Shown here piece after piece: positions 62,490 to 64,000 of a stretch of DNA of 64,000 nucleotides. How positions within the stretch are numbered: position 1 is the first letter of the stretch; each line of letters begins with the position of its first letter. Under the pieces are notes generated by a model. That model was not told where the DNA came from. It saw only the letters and a program-made list of their open reading frames with translations, and searched no databases. A program made the position numbers and the translations under genes. This stretch comes from Bacteroidia bacterium (lineage in GTDB: Bacteria > Bacteroidota > Bacteroidia > NS11-12g > UBA955): positions 726 through 64,725 of the forward strand of contig JBDNFC010000046.1 of NCBI GenBank assembly GCA_041690035.1. The letters run 5' to 3'.

Positions 62490-63294
62490 ACAAATTAATA
62501 TACATAAGGTGTCAGAAACAGAGGTTCATCAAACCCCCGATTTTTTGGCGGTAGAGGAGCCTTTGCAAATAAGCTTAACTATCAATAGCAATATGCCTCC
62601 AATAATTGATAAGAATATATCTATTACAATGCGCACACCAGGAGCAGATACGGACTTGGCACTTGGTTTTTTATTTACCGAAGGAATTATTTTCGAAAAT
62701 TCTCAGGTTCTCAAAGTGCTATTTGAGGAAAACAAAGTAAATGTGTTATTAAACTCCTCAAAAGGAATAGATTTAAGTAAAATAGAAAGACACTTTTATA
62801 CAAGCAGCAGCTGCGGTGTATGTGGCAAGGCAAGTATTGATGCTATCAGAACTGTGAGTAGACTGACACCTCAAAAAGTAGCGTTAAAAATAGATAAAAA
62901 TATTATTAAGCAATTGCCCAATACATTGCGTCAGCAACAGGCAGTGTTTGAAAATACTGGTGGATTACATGCTGCTGCACTGTTTAGCAGCGAGGGGGTT
63001 TTATTGAGTTTAAGAGAAGATGTAGGCAGGCACAATGCATTAGATAAATTGATTGGTGCTGCTTTTCAAACTAATAGCTTGCCCATTGCAAATAGTTTAT
63101 TGCTTTTGAGCGGCAGGGCAAGTTTCGAATTAATTCAAAAAGCAGCCATGGCAGGCATTCAATTTATTATGGCAGTTGGCGCCCCGTCTAGCTTGGCGGT
63201 AGAATTGGCGGAAGAGTTTAGTATCACCCTCATTGGTTTTTTATCTTCTCATAGATTTAATATTTATACAAATGCCCATCGGGTATTGATATAG
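62470..63294 (+). CDS. fdhD: Formate dehydrogenase accessory sulfurtransferase FdhD
   Basis: VEEPLQI, MRTPG.D..LALGFLFTEG, SSSCGVCGK, TGGLHAAA, REDVGRHNALDKLIG, SGRASFEL. Confidence 0.97.
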   Translation: MENQSTKQINIHKVSETEVHQTPDFLAVEEPLQISLTINSNMPPIIDKNISITMRTPGADTDLALGFLFTEGIIFENSQVLKVLFEENKVNVLLNSSKGIDLSKIERHFYTSSSCGVCGKASIDAIRTVSRLTPQKVALKIDKNIIKQLPNTLRQQQAVFENTGGLHAAALFSSEGVLLSLREDVGRHNALDKLIGAAFQTNSLPIANSLLLLSGRASFELIQKAAMAGIQFIMAVGAPSSLAVELAEEFSITLIGFLSSHRFNIYTNAHRVLI

Positions 63295-63376
63295 CAATAA
63301 TCTTTATTTTGGATTTTAATGAAAAAATATGGGTTTATTAAACAATAAACCTTCAAATATTCATCCAAACCTGCCA

Positions 63377-63407
63377 ATTATTCATTTGAAATTATTATTC
63401 ATTTGAA
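63377..63407 (+). repeat. 14-bp direct repeat (17-bp period) just upstream of a promoter
   Basis: ATTATTCATTTGAA at 63377-63390 and 63394-63407; TATATTTG at 63414-63421. Confidence 0.6.
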
Positions 63408-63425
63408 TTATTTTATATTTGAACA

Positions 63426-64000
63426 ATGAAAAAACATATAATTTTATACCTTTTGTTTGCGCACTCCATATTCACTTATGCCCAGAACAATACTTTTTTT
63501 CTAGGACATAGTTTGATTAATTTCCATACTCCAAACATGGTTCAGAAATTGGCAAATAATGCTTCACTTAATTTTAAATACCGCGCCAATATTGGCAATG
63601 GTGCGCCATTGATTTGGCATTTTACAAACCCTACAACCTCGCAAGGCAGTTCTTGGGATACTACGCTCAACAAGCCTGGGTATACCAACTTTGTGCTCAC
63701 AGAAGCTATTCCTTTAAAAGGCAATATGCAATGGAACAATACCCATTATTACATAGATACCTTATTCAAATTTGCTAGAAAAAGCAATCCTAACCTAAAA
63801 CTTTACATTTATGAAACATGGCATTGTATCTATTCTGGTACCAGAAATGGCTGCAATGTTTGGGAGCCTTGGAATAATAGATTTGCTGCTGTAGATGACA
63901 ATGACACCCTCATAGCTTTTAACACACGGCTGGCTCAAGATTTGGTTAAATGGGAATCTATGGCAGATTCTGTAAATAAAAATTTTGGAGCAAACACGGC
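63426..64000 (+). CDS. Secreted SGNH-like protein, N-terminal part (runs off the window; not in the ORF track)
   Basis: Manual translation MKKHIILYLLFAHSIFTYAQNNTFFLGHSLINF...IGNGAPLIWHF...FVLTEAIPL...LYIYETWH, open to the window end. Confidence 0.75.
   Translation, partial: MKKHIILYLLFAHSIFTYAQNNTFFLGHSLINFHTPNMVQKLANNASLNFKYRANIGNGAPLIWHFTNPTTSQGSSWDTTLNKPGYTNFVLTEAIPLKGNMQWNNTHYYIDTLFKFARKSNPNLKLYIYETWHCIYSGTRNGCNVWEPWNNRFAAVDDNDTLIAFNTRLAQDLVKWESMADSVNKNFGANT

Noticed and set aside
1311-63739. Many short ORFs in the track antisense to or nested in long genes (e.g. 1827-2204, 15258-15665, 28581-28982, 42889-43209, 47220-47555, 63542-63739)
   Set aside because: Shadow ORFs of well-supported genes; no motifs or independent promoters.
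1-64000. CRISPR array, tRNA/rRNA genes, integrase or intact transposase, prophage genes
   Set aside because: No regularly spaced repeats, cloverleaf or rRNA-like GC-rich segments, or recognisable mobile-element proteins were seen by eye.

Overview
AT-rich Bacteroidota chromosomal segment. Evidence for the assignment: many TAnnTTTG -7 promoter elements, T9SS C-terminal sorting domains, and Bacteroidota-type gene order such as pheT-zapB-like-zapA-rny. Most genes are housekeeping: nadC, rsfS, aspS, tpiA, rpsA, recQ, lolD, sucC, mscL, bshB1, degP, aroBAC, gpsA, icd, lepA, mobA, fdhD, and a SpoIIM-DUF4129-DUF4350-MoxR-DUF58 operon. I saw no rRNA, tRNA, CRISPR array or intact transposase. Most interesting points: (1) an accessory patch at about 19.3-21.7 kb with a decayed secreted-protein gene, a solitary wHTH + ComF-like phosphoribosyltransferase behind a perfect 15-bp heptamer-built inverted repeat, and a 173-bp MITE-like element; (2) a coupled operon of an uncharacterised membrane protein, a THEP1/DUF2478-like NTPase, MobA and FdhD, a candidate molybdenum/Moco handling module; (3) ribosomal protein S1 fused to a KxEx-repeat linker and a HhH domain, with a strong Shine-Dalgarno and TTG start; (4) a 1451-aa exported beta-rich protein with internal repeats and a wHTH-like insert; (5) a zapA-rny spacer too short for the 6S RNA usually found there. 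All family calls come from motif recognition by eye; no database searches were run.
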